Positions 1-9,135 of a stretch of DNA of 64,000 nucleotides are shown piece after piece. Source of the DNA: an uncultured Planctomycetota bacterium (lineage in GTDB: Bacteria; Planctomycetota; JACOTG01; JAUIME01); assembly GCA_964597885.1 (NCBI GenBank), contig CAZQZX010000001.1, forward strand, positions 9,849-73,848, written 5' to 3'. A model generated the notes under the pieces. The model was given only the letters and a program-made list of their open reading frames with translations. It made no database searches and was not told the DNA's origin. Within the stretch, counting starts at the first letter, position 1. Each line of letters begins with the position of its first letter. The position numbers and the translations under genes are program-made.

Positions 1-963
1 GACATCGTCCCGGGCGTCTCGGGGGGTACCGTCGCGTTGATCCTCGGGATCTACGCGAGGCTGGTCGGCGCGATCAGCCGTTTCGACGGGCGCCTGGTGA
101 GGCTGGTCCTCGAGCGACGGCTTCTCGAGGCGGCCCGGCACATCGATCTGCGCTTCCTCGTCGGCCTCGGCGCGGGAATCGGCGCGGGCGTGCTCGGGCT
201 CGCGAGCGTGATGAACCGTCTTCTCACCGAAGACGCCACCCGTTCGCTCACCCTCGCCGCGTTCTTCGGGCTGATCCTGGCGTCCTCGGCGATCGTCGGT
301 CGCCTCGCCCTGCGGGATACGAAGCTGCCGGCGTTCGGCGCCCTGGCCGTGCTCGCGGCGGGCTTCGCGTTCTGGCTGACGGGCCTCGAGGCGGTCTCGG
401 GAGGGGATCCGTCGCTGCCGTACGTGTTCTTCTCCGGCGCGATCGCGATCTGCGCCATGATCTTGCCCGGCATCAGCGGAGCGTTTCTGCTTCTTCTGCT
501 CGGGATGTACGTGCCAATCACGGGCATCCTGAAGCGCCTGCCGAAGCTCGACGTCACGACGAACGACGTCGTCACGGTGGCGGTGTTCTCGCTGGGCTGC
601 GGGATCGGGCTTCTCGCGTTCAGTCGCGTGCTCCGCATCCTGCTCGACAAGCGCTTCGGCCCGACGATGTCCGTCCTCGCCGGCTTCATGATCGGGAGCC
701 TCCGCAAGATCTGGCCGTTCCAGCGCGACGTGACGCTCGAGAATCTCGATCGCGCCGGGCTCCCGGCCGAGGAGATGGACGAGCTTCGCGCGCACCCGGA
801 GCTCGTCTCGGAGCTCGATCTCAAGCACCGGCTCTTCGAGAACGTCTCACCGACCGGCGACGCGGGCGAGCTCGTCGCGACGCTCGGCGTGGGGCTCGCC
901 GCTGCGGTGGTCGTCCTCGTCGTGGACGCGGTGGTCCGACGGCGCGAGGGATCGTCCCTCTGA
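1..963 (+). CDS. DUF368-family polytopic membrane protein, 5' end truncated by the window edge
   Basis: Frame 1 is open from base 1 (DIVPGVSGGTVALILGIYARL...). The hydrophobic, Gly-rich helices are typical of the DUF368 family. Stop at 961-963. Confidence 0.65.
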   Translation, partial: DIVPGVSGGTVALILGIYARLVGAISRFDGRLVRLVLERRLLEAARHIDLRFLVGLGAGIGAGVLGLASVMNRLLTEDATRSLTLAAFFGLILASSAIVGRLALRDTKLPAFGALAVLAAGFAFWLTGLEAVSGGDPSLPYVFFSGAIAICAMILPGISGAFLLLLLGMYVPITGILKRLPKLDVTTNDVVTVAVFSLGCGIGLLAFSRVLRILLDKRFGPTMSVLAGFMIGSLRKIWPFQRDVTLENLDRAGLPAEEMDELRAHPELVSELDLKHRLFENVSPTGDAGELVATLGVGLAAAVVVLVVDAVVRRREGSSL

Positions 964-1080
964 TCCGGACGCCCTCCGTCGCGGGGCAGGATCTTCCGGC
1001 GCGTTGACCATTCTCCATGCAATGTGGAAGATGGAGCGGTCCGGGACGCACTGACCCCAAGAACCGCAGGAGGGATTGGC

Positions 1081-2214
1081 ATGCAGACACTCCGTGGAAC
1101 GCTCGCGATCTTGCTGACGTTGGGCCTCGCCCTTCCCGTCGCCGCCGGAACCGTTCAGTTCTCGGACGGTGACTTCAACAACGGCGATTGGAACGTGCAG
1201 ACGCTTGTCTCGGGCGGCACCGGGACCGGGAGCTTCGTCCAGCAGTCCTCGGGCGGGAACCCCGATTTCTACCGGCAGCACACGATCGACCTGATCTCGA
1301 ACACGGTCGTCGCGATCGTTGCGGAGTACACGGCGTCGAACTTCGATCCCTCAACGGGCGGCATCGGCGCGATCGACTACTCCGAGGATGCGCGGCTCAC
1401 GTCGGGGAGCGACGAGGGCATGCTCACCTATCCGCTCGTCGTACAGGACGGCGTCAACTACGTCGGGCCGAGCCAGGCGACGCCCGAATCGGGCTGGACG
1501 CCGAAGTCCGCGAACGGGCTGACGTCGGCCGATTTCGGACGGCTCCTCGGGAACCTCAACGTCGACATGAGCGACAACCCGGACTTCGCGCTCGGAGCTT
1601 CCGTCGTGAGCTTCGGCTACGTGCGCCTGGTCGCGGTGGAGGCGGACGCGACGCGGATCGGCGACATCGACAACTGGAGCGTGACCGTGGAAGTCGTCGA
1701 GCCGATCGGAACGTGCGGCGCCGGCCAGATCAACCTGGGTTGCGGCTCGTCGTCGGATGTCCTCTTCGTCAACGGTTCGTCCGGTGGCGTCGATCGCATC
1801 CTCACCGTGTCGACGGGGGATCCGCTCTCGGCGACGATCGCCGAGCCGCCGATCTCGGTCGGCGACGGACGACCGACGGCGGCGTGTGTCTACGTCTGGG
1901 GCGGGGAGCCGCTCGCGAGCGACATCGTGGCGCTTCCGAAGAATCTCGGACCGATGTGCTTCGGACCCTTCATCATCGCGACGCAGGCGCCGGCGCGCAT
2001 CTGGAACGGCATCGGGATCAACCCGAAGCTCGGCACCGACAATGGCCCGGGCGACCCGCCGATCATCGACGGACCCGCGTTCGAGTTCCTGTCGCTGCCG
2101 AACGGCCTCAACCAGACGCTGAACGTGACGTTCCAGGGCATCATCGAAGACCGATGCTCGCAGGGCACGGTGTTTTTCAGCGTGACCAACGGTCTCGTGC
2201 TGCGCATCGAGTAG
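1081..2214 (+). CDS. Secreted protein of unknown function with a conserved C-terminal domain shared with 57051..59258 and 62549..63775
   Basis: The ATG at 1081 gives a signal peptide (MQTLRGTLAILLTLGLALPVAAG). The C-terminal roughly 110 aa (CVYVWGGEP...LPKNLG..CFGP...IWNGIG...QGIIED...SVTNGLVLRIE) aligns with the C-termini of two other secreted proteins in this window. Confidence 0.6.
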   Translation: MQTLRGTLAILLTLGLALPVAAGTVQFSDGDFNNGDWNVQTLVSGGTGTGSFVQQSSGGNPDFYRQHTIDLISNTVVAIVAEYTASNFDPSTGGIGAIDYSEDARLTSGSDEGMLTYPLVVQDGVNYVGPSQATPESGWTPKSANGLTSADFGRLLGNLNVDMSDNPDFALGASVVSFGYVRLVAVEADATRIGDIDNWSVTVEVVEPIGTCGAGQINLGCGSSSDVLFVNGSSGGVDRILTVSTGDPLSATIAEPPISVGDGRPTAACVYVWGGEPLASDIVALPKNLGPMCFGPFIIATQAPARIWNGIGINPKLGTDNGPGDPPIIDGPAFEFLSLPNGLNQTLNVTFQGIIEDRCSQGTVFFSVTNGLVLRIE

Positions 2215-2255
2215 CGCGCGAGCGCTGCGAGGTCGAGCGTTGCGAGGCGACGAAT

Positions 2256-2277
2256 CCCGGGAGTCGGCTAGCCCGGG
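2256..2277. terminator. Short GC hairpin (CCCGGG-N10-CCCGGG) between convergent genes, candidate bidirectional terminator
   Basis: A 6-bp inverted repeat lies between the stop codons of 1081..2214(+) and 2268..2921(-) and overlaps the latter stop. No U-tract follows. Confidence 0.3.
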
Positions 2278-2921
2278 ATGATCTCGGCGAGTCGGTCGTG
2301 ACCGTTCTCGCGCGCGAGGTCCACGGCGGTCTTGCCGTCGCTGGACTCGACGTCGACGTCGCAGTTGTGATGCAGGATGGTGAGAAGCGGTCGCTCATAG
2401 CCGTGGGCGGCCGCGATCATCAACGCCGTCCAGCCATCCGCGCGAAGGGCGTCCGGGTCGGCGCCGCGGTTGAGCAGCGAGTCGATGGCTTCCATCTTGC
2501 CGCTGAGCGCCGCGCAGTGGATGGGCATCATCTTCGACGGGTGCGACGTGACGGCTTCGATATCGGCGCCGTACTCGACGAGGACATCCAGCGTCCGATC
2601 CTGCGAGAAAAACGCCGCGAAGTGAAGGGCCGTGAACCCGTCCTTCGACTCGTTCTTGACGCGCGACGCGTCCTCGTCGCACTGCGCCATCACGGCGTCG
2701 CGATCTCCGCGGATCGTCGAGGCGAAGACAGGATCCTCGCCGCGTGCCTCGAGCAGCGCCAGGACCATTTCTTCCTGATTGGCGACGGCGGCTCGCACCA
2801 GGATCCCGTTCTCGTTCTCGTCGACCGCATCGGCCCAATCGGGATTCTGCTCGAGAAGCTCGCGGAACTTGTCCTGGTCTCCTGCCGTGATGGCATCGAA
2901 GATCGGGGCCGTGTCGCTCAT
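2268..2921 (-). CDS. Ankyrin-repeat protein
   Basis: The ORF 2268..3200 has an internal ATG at 2919-2921 (MSDTAPIFDAI...). The translation has at least four ankyrin repeats (GFTALHFAA, MMPIHCAALSG, DGWTALMIAAAHG, DGKTAVDLAREN). The upstream ORF extension is Arg/Pro-rich and implausible. Confidence 0.7.
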   Translation of the reverse strand: MSDTAPIFDAITAGDQDKFRELLEQNPDWADAVDENENGILVRAAVANQEEMVLALLEARGEDPVFASTIRGDRDAVMAQCDEDASRVKNESKDGFTALHFAAFFSQDRTLDVLVEYGADIEAVTSHPSKMMPIHCAALSGKMEAIDSLLNRGADPDALRADGWTALMIAAAHGYERPLLTILHHNCDVDVESSDGKTAVDLARENGHDRLAEIIPG

Positions 2922-3201
2922 CGGGTCGTACGTCCTTTCCGGCTCGCAGGGGGCTGGCGTGTGCCGGGGCCGAGTCGTCCAAACGTGACCTGGCCCCCGG
3001 GCGCCCGGGATTGTGGCAAAGAGCGGCCTACGCGGCAAGATTGCGCGGGCGGCCCGTCGAACGCGGCGCGATTCTGATAGAATTCCCCGTGCCGTGGCCG
3101 AGACGCACTCGGCACGGGAATCTGCCGGCGAAGGAACCGCTCGAGCTGCCCCGAGGACCGGGTGAGGCAGCCAGCGGTGGGGCAAGGACCGGGGATGCAT
3201 C

Positions 3202-3846
3202 TTGAAGATCCTCCTCGTTGACGATCAGGCGATGTTCCGGGAGATGCTCCGCGATCGGCTCGCGCAAGAGTACGAGTCCGCGGAGATCTTCGTGGCGAGC
3301 GAGGCCGCCGAGGGCGCCGAGCTGGCACATGAACACGACTTCGAGCTCGTCGTGCTCGATATCGATATGCCCGGCACCGACGTCTTCGACTCGGCCAGCC
3401 GCATCGCCAAACGCGCTCCCTCGGCCCGGATCGTCTTCCTGAGCGCCCACACCTACGACAGCCACATCGAGCGGGCGCTCGCGGTGGGCGCGCGCGGGTT
3501 CATCTCGAAGGACGAGCCGGCGGACGCGGTGGTGGAAGCGCTCGGCCGGGTCCTCGACGGGAAGGCGTTCTTCTCGAAGACGATCCTCGCCCGGCTCGTG
3601 CTCGAGGACGGAGAGGCACGACTCCCGGACGACCCGAAGACGAAGTTCCAGACGCTGACGCCGCGCGAGCGCGAGGTGCTCGTCTACATCGCGCGCGGTT
3701 ACACGAAGCGCGAGATCGGCGAGATGATGCACGTCGGAACCAAGACCGTCGAGAAGCACACCGAGAACGTGATGGCGAAGCTCGACATCCACGATCGTGT
3801 GCGGCTCGCGCGTTTCGCGATCCGGGAACAGCTCATCGATCCGTAG
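3202..3846 (+). CDS. NarL/FixJ-family response regulator (REC + LuxR-type HTH)
   Basis: TTG start at 3202 (MKILLVDDQAMFREML). The phosphoacceptor is in ELVVLDIDMPG. The C-terminal LTPREREVLVYIARGYTKREIGEMMHVGTKTVEKHTENVMAKL is a LuxR/GerE HTH. Confidence 0.8.
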   Translation: MKILLVDDQAMFREMLRDRLAQEYESAEIFVASEAAEGAELAHEHDFELVVLDIDMPGTDVFDSASRIAKRAPSARIVFLSAHTYDSHIERALAVGARGFISKDEPADAVVEALGRVLDGKAFFSKTILARLVLEDGEARLPDDPKTKFQTLTPREREVLVYIARGYTKREIGEMMHVGTKTVEKHTENVMAKLDIHDRVRLARFAIREQLIDP

Positions 3847-3891
3847 CCCGGTCGGGGGGATGCGGCTGCACGTCGCGCTCGGGTCGCGTGC

Positions 3892-5310
3892 TCAGAGCGA
3901 TTCGTGAACGGCGCGTCCGGCTTCGTCGAGGCCGAACGGCATCACGATCGTTCGAACGCCGGAAGGCTCGTCGGTCGCTTCGGCTTCGAGCTCGACCTTC
4001 GAGAGGACGATCACCGGTACGTCGATGCCTTTCTCCCGTAGGCGTCGGATGCGCTCATGAGGATGCCCGCGCTGCGCTTCGAGCATCACGAGGTCGAAGT
4101 TTCCGTCGGCCGACTCCGTCAGACGCTCGAGGAGACGATCGGGATCCTCGTGGGCGATCTCGTAACCGAGCATCGAGAGCCCGGTCGACAGGACGGCGCG
4201 GCTCTGCGAGTCCGGCGCCGCGAGAAGGATCCGCTGGCCCGCGCCGCGAGGCACCGGCTCGGCATCGTTCTCGCCTTCGGGCTCGTGAACGGGAAGCTCG
4301 ACGATGAAGGTGCTCCCGGCCCCCGGCGTCGAGTCGACCTCGATCGTGCCGCCGTGGTCCTCGACGACGCCCTTCACGACCGCGAGCCCCATCCCGGTGC
4401 CGCCGATCACCTCCTTCGTCGTCACGAACGGCTGGAAGATCGTCGGCAGGACGTCGGGGTCGATCCCGGACCCGTCATCCTCCACGGAAAGGCGTGCGCG
4501 CGGTTGCCCGTCCTTCTCGACCCGCTCGATGCGGATGCGAATCGAGCCGCCCTCCGAGCCGAGTGCGTCCTTCGCATTGAGTCCGAGATTGAGCAGCACC
4601 TGCTGGATCTGCACCCGATCCGCGAGCACCCACACCTCGCGCCCGTCGCATTCCACCGACAGTCGAACGGAGGGCGGGCTGCTGCGCTCGATGAGCCGCG
4701 CGATCGGACGCAGCGTCACCCCGAGCTCGAGCGGTCGCTTCGACGGCCGACGCTTCTCGCTGAAATCCAGGAGCGATCGCGCGACGTCGCCGGCCTGGTC
4801 GATCGCACCGCGCACCGCTTCGATCGATCGCTCCAGGCGCTCGGGATCGGCGTCGCGCTTCTCGATGAGGAGCAGGTGGTTCGAGATGACCGTCAGCAGG
4901 TTGCGGAAATCGTGGGCCACGCCCGACGCGAGCTGCCCGACCGATTCCATCTTCTGCGATTGGCGCAGCTGGTCGAGAAGGCTGTTGCGCTCGCGGCGCT
5001 CGGCGAAGAGCTGCAGCGCCATGCGCACGGCGGGCGCGAGCCTCGTGAGGTTCTCCTTGAGGATGTAGTCGTCGGCGCCCTTTTTCAGGCATCGGACGGC
5101 GGTCTCTTCGTCGAGCGAGCCCGTGACCACGAGGAAGGGGATCTCGATGCCGGTCGTGTGCAACAAGTCGAGCGCCTCCATCCCCGTGTTGAAGCGGGGG
5201 AGCGAATAGTCGCTGAGGACGATGTCCCAGTCGCTGCCGTGGAGCTCTTCGAGGAAACGTTCGGGCGTCTCGACGCGAACGGCTTCGCAGTCGAGTCCCT
5301 CGCGGTTCAT
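3892..5310 (-). CDS. Hybrid sensor histidine kinase (N-terminal REC, HisKA, HATPase_c, degenerate C-terminal REC-like domain). Canonical-start coordinates are given, but the REC N-terminus continues in frame up to 5427.
   Basis: H-box (ESVGQLASGVAHDFRNLLTVI), N-box (LLNLGLNAKDAL), and G1/G2 boxes (DDGSGIDPD, GGTGMGLAVV). The N-terminal REC has DIVLSDYSLP. The in-frame upstream sequence (IRVLIVEDCQEDAELVLRA) has no ATG, GTG or TTG. Confidence 0.75.
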   Translation of the reverse strand: MNREGLDCEAVRVETPERFLEELHGSDWDIVLSDYSLPRFNTGMEALDLLHTTGIEIPFLVVTGSLDEETAVRCLKKGADDYILKENLTRLAPAVRMALQLFAERRERNSLLDQLRQSQKMESVGQLASGVAHDFRNLLTVISNHLLLIEKRDADPERLERSIEAVRGAIDQAGDVARSLLDFSEKRRPSKRPLELGVTLRPIARLIERSSPPSVRLSVECDGREVWVLADRVQIQQVLLNLGLNAKDALGSEGGSIRIRIERVEKDGQPRARLSVEDDGSGIDPDVLPTIFQPFVTTKEVIGGTGMGLAVVKGVVEDHGGTIEVDSTPGAGSTFIVELPVHEPEGENDAEPVPRGAGQRILLAAPDSQSRAVLSTGLSMLGYEIAHEDPDRLLERLTESADGNFDLVMLEAQRGHPHERIRRLREKGIDVPVIVLSKVELEAEATDEPSGVRTIVMPFGLDEAGRAVHESL

Positions 5311-5427
5311 GGCGCGAAGGACCAGCTCGGCGTCTTCCTGGCAGTCCTCGACGATGAGGACACGAATCGGCGCTCGGTCGGAGATCTCCGGACCTCCTTG
5401 TAGAGGGGACCGTTGACGGGCGGTCGG

Positions 5428-5850
5428 TCAGGGGGCGTTCTCGTTCAGCGTCATCCAGTACAGGCCCACGCTCGTGAGGACCTGGTCGAATGCGGCGAAC
5501 TCGACGGGCTTGCAAAGGTAACTGTTGGCGCCGAGCTCGTACGCTGTGCGCAGATCGCTCGACTCCTTGGACGACGTGAGGATGACTACGGGAAGCAGCC
5601 GCGTCGATTCCTCGTTGCGGATGCGCTTCAGGACTTCGAGGCCGTTGATCTTCGGCAGCTTCAGATCGAGCAGGACGAGTCGCGGCCGGAGGGGCGCCGT
5701 GGTGTCGGCGGGGAAGAGCATCTCGAGGGCTTGCGCGCCATCGCGGGCGACCTCGATATTGCGAGCGACGTTGCTCTTACGAAAGCTCCGGAGTGCCAGG
5801 TCGACGTCGTGGACGTCGTCTTCCACAAGCAGGATTTCCACCTGACTCAT
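5428..5850 (-). CDS. Single-domain CheY-like response regulator
   Basis: MSQVEILLVEDDVHDVDLALRSF...LVLLDLKLPKINGLEVLKRIR...YLCKPVEF. It is a complete REC domain with no output domain. Confidence 0.8.
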   Translation of the reverse strand: MSQVEILLVEDDVHDVDLALRSFRKSNVARNIEVARDGAQALEMLFPADTTAPLRPRLVLLDLKLPKINGLEVLKRIRNEESTRLLPVVILTSSKESSDLRTAYELGANSYLCKPVEFAAFDQVLTSVGLYWMTLNENAP

Positions 5851-6124
5851 GCTCGCGCTCGCGATGCTTGCCCACGCTCCCGCGCGAGCGAACCGTGCTA
5901 CCAGGCCCCGTCGGGCCCGCGATCTTTCTCGAGGCTAACCCCGAGAGAAGAAAAGAGCGACTCGAGAATTGGGACTGCTGCCGGGCATTTGGAGGGTGAC
6001 CCAATATCTCGAGCCGCAGTGATGAAGCTTTGTTCGGGTGCCGCGTCGAGTGATGCCCGGGAGGTCGGTGAACCTCGCCGCTCGACATGGCAGATTATCG
6101 AATCCTTCGCTGTAGCACGGTATT

Positions 6125-6145
6125 AGGGATAATACTGATATCCCT
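6125..6145. promoter_or_regulatory. AT-rich hairpin (AGGGATA-N7-TATCCCT) inside an unusually low-GC intergenic island
   Basis: A 7-bp perfect inverted repeat sits in the 550-nt intergenic region between endoQ-like (-) and the response-regulator/kinase operon (-). Local GC is far below the window average. Confidence 0.3.
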
Positions 6146-6397
6146 TTCGCCGGTCACGAGCGGACTTTGCCGTTTCTTCGCGACCCGCGTGTGGATTTCT
6201 GTTATTCGCTTGTGACCAATAGGTTAGACGTTCGGTTGCGACAAGCGCGATCTCGACCGTCTGACGGGAATGGTCACCCGCTGTCCGACAAAATGTCGTC
6301 CACTGGGAAAGATCCTAGCGGAACAGATCGAGCTGAGCAACATCCGAGTTGCGACCTCGGGAACGAGCGACCTTGCGGCGAAGGAGCTCGGCCTCGA

Positions 6398-7777
6398 TCA
6401 CGGAGAGGAACACGTCTCGTCCGCGGGGGAACTCTCCATCGGGGCCTCGGCGCGGGATGAGGACGCCTCGTCGATCGTCTTCGGCTCCCCGGGAAGCTCC
6501 ACCAGCACGCCGACCCGACTGTCCTTGGTGAGCTCGCCCTCGTCGAAGACGCGGATCACGCCGTACTCGCCGTCGTAGCCGGAATCGCGTCGCACGCGAC
6601 CCGCGCGCAGCCGATCGATGGCTTCGGCGACGAGCTCCGAGCCGCGATGCTCCAGCTCGTCGCGGGGCATCGTCTCGAGGATGTCGAGCTCGGAGCCGAG
6701 CCGCGCCACGAGCTTCTCGTAGGTGCGTCCGACCGTCTTGCTCTTCGGGCCGACGCCGTGGATCTCGCTCAGGATCTCGGGCAGCGGGACCAGGCTCCGG
6801 TAGGGCGCGGCCGTTTCCGGTGAAGCCGGCTCGTCGCGATCCGCGAGCTGGTCCACACGGTTCATCACGCCGACCGTGATCGGCTTCCCGCAGGCCGGGC
6901 ACGCGCCGCCGTGACGCCGCGTCTCGTCCGGGTCGAGTCGCATGCCGCACTTGCGATGCCCGTCGAGGTGGTACTTCCCTTCCTCGGGGAAGAACTCGAC
7001 GGTGCCTTCGTAGCCGACGCCCGTCTCGAGAGAGCGCCGCACGGCCATGTAGTCGAGGTCGCAGTCGAAGACGCTCGCTTCGCGGCCGATCTTGCCGGGC
7101 GAGTGCGCGTCGGAATTCGACACGAGTCGATACCGATCGAGGAACGACACGCGCCAGTTCATCGGCGGGTCCGAGGACAGTCCCGTCTCGACCGCGAAGA
7201 TGTGCGGCGTGAGATCGTCGTAGCACTCCTCGATCGAATCGAAGCCGGACTTCGAGCCGAGCGTCGAGAACCACGGCGTCCAGATGTGCGCCGGGATGAG
7301 GTAACAATCCTCGCCACACTCGAGCGTGATCTCGAGGAGGTCGCGCGAATCGAGTCCGAGGATCGGTCGCCCGTCGGACTTCAGGTTGCCGATGCGCGAG
7401 AGCTTCTCGATCAGCCGATCGGCTTCGTCGAGCCCCGGCACGTAGATCAGGTGATGGTTCTTTCGGGTCTTCTCGCCCTTCTTGTAGATGGTCGAGATCT
7501 CGACCTGCAGGAGAAAGCGAATCGGGCCGACGCACGACGGCGGGAGCCACGAATCGACCTCACGCTGGAGATCATCCCGCAGCCGGAACAGCCCGGGCTC
7601 GGCGGGGACGAGCTTCTCGCGGATCTCCTGGATCCACGCGGGGTGCGTGAAGTCACCGGTGCCGAGAAGCGAGACGCCCTTCTTGCGGGCCCAGTACGCG
7701 TTGTGCTCGAGGTCGAGATCCCGGCTGGTCGCGCGCGAGTACCTGGAGTGGATGTGCAGATCCGCGTAGAAACGCAT
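6398..7777 (-). CDS. PHP-domain protein, endonuclease Q-like (TIGR00375-type)
   Basis: The N-terminal MRFYADLHIHSRYSRATS is a PHP metal-binding motif. It has a conserved His/Asp pattern and a Cys cluster (CGMRLDPDETRRHGGACPACGK) like the EndoQ zinc finger. Confidence 0.55.
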   Translation of the reverse strand: MRFYADLHIHSRYSRATSRDLDLEHNAYWARKKGVSLLGTGDFTHPAWIQEIREKLVPAEPGLFRLRDDLQREVDSWLPPSCVGPIRFLLQVEISTIYKKGEKTRKNHHLIYVPGLDEADRLIEKLSRIGNLKSDGRPILGLDSRDLLEITLECGEDCYLIPAHIWTPWFSTLGSKSGFDSIEECYDDLTPHIFAVETGLSSDPPMNWRVSFLDRYRLVSNSDAHSPGKIGREASVFDCDLDYMAVRRSLETGVGYEGTVEFFPEEGKYHLDGHRKCGMRLDPDETRRHGGACPACGKPITVGVMNRVDQLADRDEPASPETAAPYRSLVPLPEILSEIHGVGPKSKTVGRTYEKLVARLGSELDILETMPRDELEHRGSELVAEAIDRLRAGRVRRDSGYDGEYGVIRVFDEGELTKDSRVGVLVELPGEPKTIDEASSSRAEAPMESSPADETCSSP

Positions 7778-7813
7778 CGCGCGATTCCCCTCCCGTCTTC
7801 GTGCTGTCGTGCG

Positions 7814-8596
7814 CTAGCGCTGCCAGATCGCCTTCGTGGCGGCCAGTCGCAGGCCGGCGCGCGCGAGGTTGCGGTGCGCCGGATCTCCGAACTGCGACCA
7901 CGCGACGACCAGCTTGCAGCCCGCCTCCTGAGCGCGGACGAGCCGGTGGTGAAGCACGGCCGTGTGGCCTCCCTGACGGCGCAGCACGTGGGTCGATGCG
8001 GCATCGGCAAGCGACGCTGTCTCGCCGTCGACGTGCAGCCACCCCGCGGCGACCGCCGTTCCGTACAGGCGTCCGAGACACAGCTCGATGCCCTCGATGC
8101 TCCGCCAGTGCGCGAGATCGTCCGTGGACTGGTGGTCGCCGGCCGGGATGTCCCAACCCTGCTGGTACACCTCGATGAACTCGCGGAACGCCCAGTCGGC
8201 TTCCACGGCCGTCACCTCGACTCCCGGGTTCGGCTGCAGGGCCGACGGATCGGGGACGCCGTAGTGGAGCGCGGTGAATCCGGTGTGGCGGAATCCGTGC
8301 TCGGCAAGCGTGGAGGCCGTGGCGGCATCGAGCGATCCGGGCAGGATCTCGACGCGCGCGGACGCGGCGCTGTCCCCGAGCGAATCGAGCGCGGGGGCGA
8401 GGTCGCCGGCGGTCTTCGGCGAGAGGCCGAGGACGCGCGGTTCGCCCGTCGCGGGATCTTCGGGTCCGTGAATGACCGTGAGGTCGCCGTGCTCGGTCAC
8501 CGCGTCGGCGCCCAGCCGAGCGCGATGGAACGCGGCGTCGGCAGCTTCGATGCGGGCGAGCAGTCTCGTATCCAGATCGGGTAGCGAAGTCGTCAT
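7814..8596 (-). CDS. GNAT-family N-acetyltransferase-like protein
   Basis: The C-terminal segment is a motif-A-like HVLRRQGGHTAVLHHRLVRAQEAGCKLVVAW. The amino-acid composition is consistent with a real gene. Confidence 0.45.
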   Translation of the reverse strand: MTTSLPDLDTRLLARIEAADAAFHRARLGADAVTEHGDLTVIHGPEDPATGEPRVLGLSPKTAGDLAPALDSLGDSAASARVEILPGSLDAATASTLAEHGFRHTGFTALHYGVPDPSALQPNPGVEVTAVEADWAFREFIEVYQQGWDIPAGDHQSTDDLAHWRSIEGIELCLGRLYGTAVAAGWLHVDGETASLADAASTHVLRRQGGHTAVLHHRLVRAQEAGCKLVVAWSQFGDPAHRNLARAGLRLAATKAIWQR

Positions 8597-8629
8597 CGCG
8601 ACAAGGATAGCGCCGCGCGGACGGGTTGC

Positions 8630-9031
8630 CTAGCCCGCGGCGATCGGGTCGGCGCTCAGGATCATCGCGGTACCGGTCACGGCGGTCAGCACCGTCAGCA
8701 GCAGCACGAGATAGGCGAACCGCGCGTGGATCTTGCGGAGACCCTGCCGGCCGCGGAACGTCAGCCAGCCCGTGATGATCGGAGGCAGGTAAGCGAAGAC
8801 CGTGATCTTCGCGATCAGGAGATGGACCGGCGTGATCCAGCCGGCGGACTCGAGGTCGTAGAGCTCGCCCAGCTGCTCGGCAAACCAGATCGTGATCCCG
8901 AGCGACAGAACGGTCGTGATCACCGTCGCGAGGTGAGCGCGCCGCCGGCCCGTACGGCCGGTCACGACGACCACGCCGAGGAGCGAGACGGTCAGAACGA
9001 GAAACAACACGAAGCCTGTCGTGGTGGACAC
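8630..9031 (-). CDS. Small integral membrane protein (DUF420-like, 4 TM)
   Basis: The 133-aa translation has four hydrophobic helices. Confidence 0.4.
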   Translation of the reverse strand: MSTTTGFVLFLVLTVSLLGVVVVTGRTGRRRAHLATVITTVLSLGITIWFAEQLGELYDLESAGWITPVHLLIAKITVFAYLPPIITGWLTFRGRQGLRKIHARFAYLVLLLTVLTAVTGTAMILSADPIAAG

Positions 9032-9135
9032 CGGATTCTCCGCGCCGAGAGGGGAAAGTTAGGAGCATACTTAATCGGCGCCGCGCTGGGGCAGGGCGTC
9101 GCAACGCGCGGTGGGTTGTGCGAGAATGAGGGGGG

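Noticed and set aside
1188-3077. 629-aa plus-strand ORF overlapping the secreted protein and ankyrin genes
   Set aside because: Arg-rich, low-complexity translation in an alternative frame or strand of two genes with clear domain signatures.
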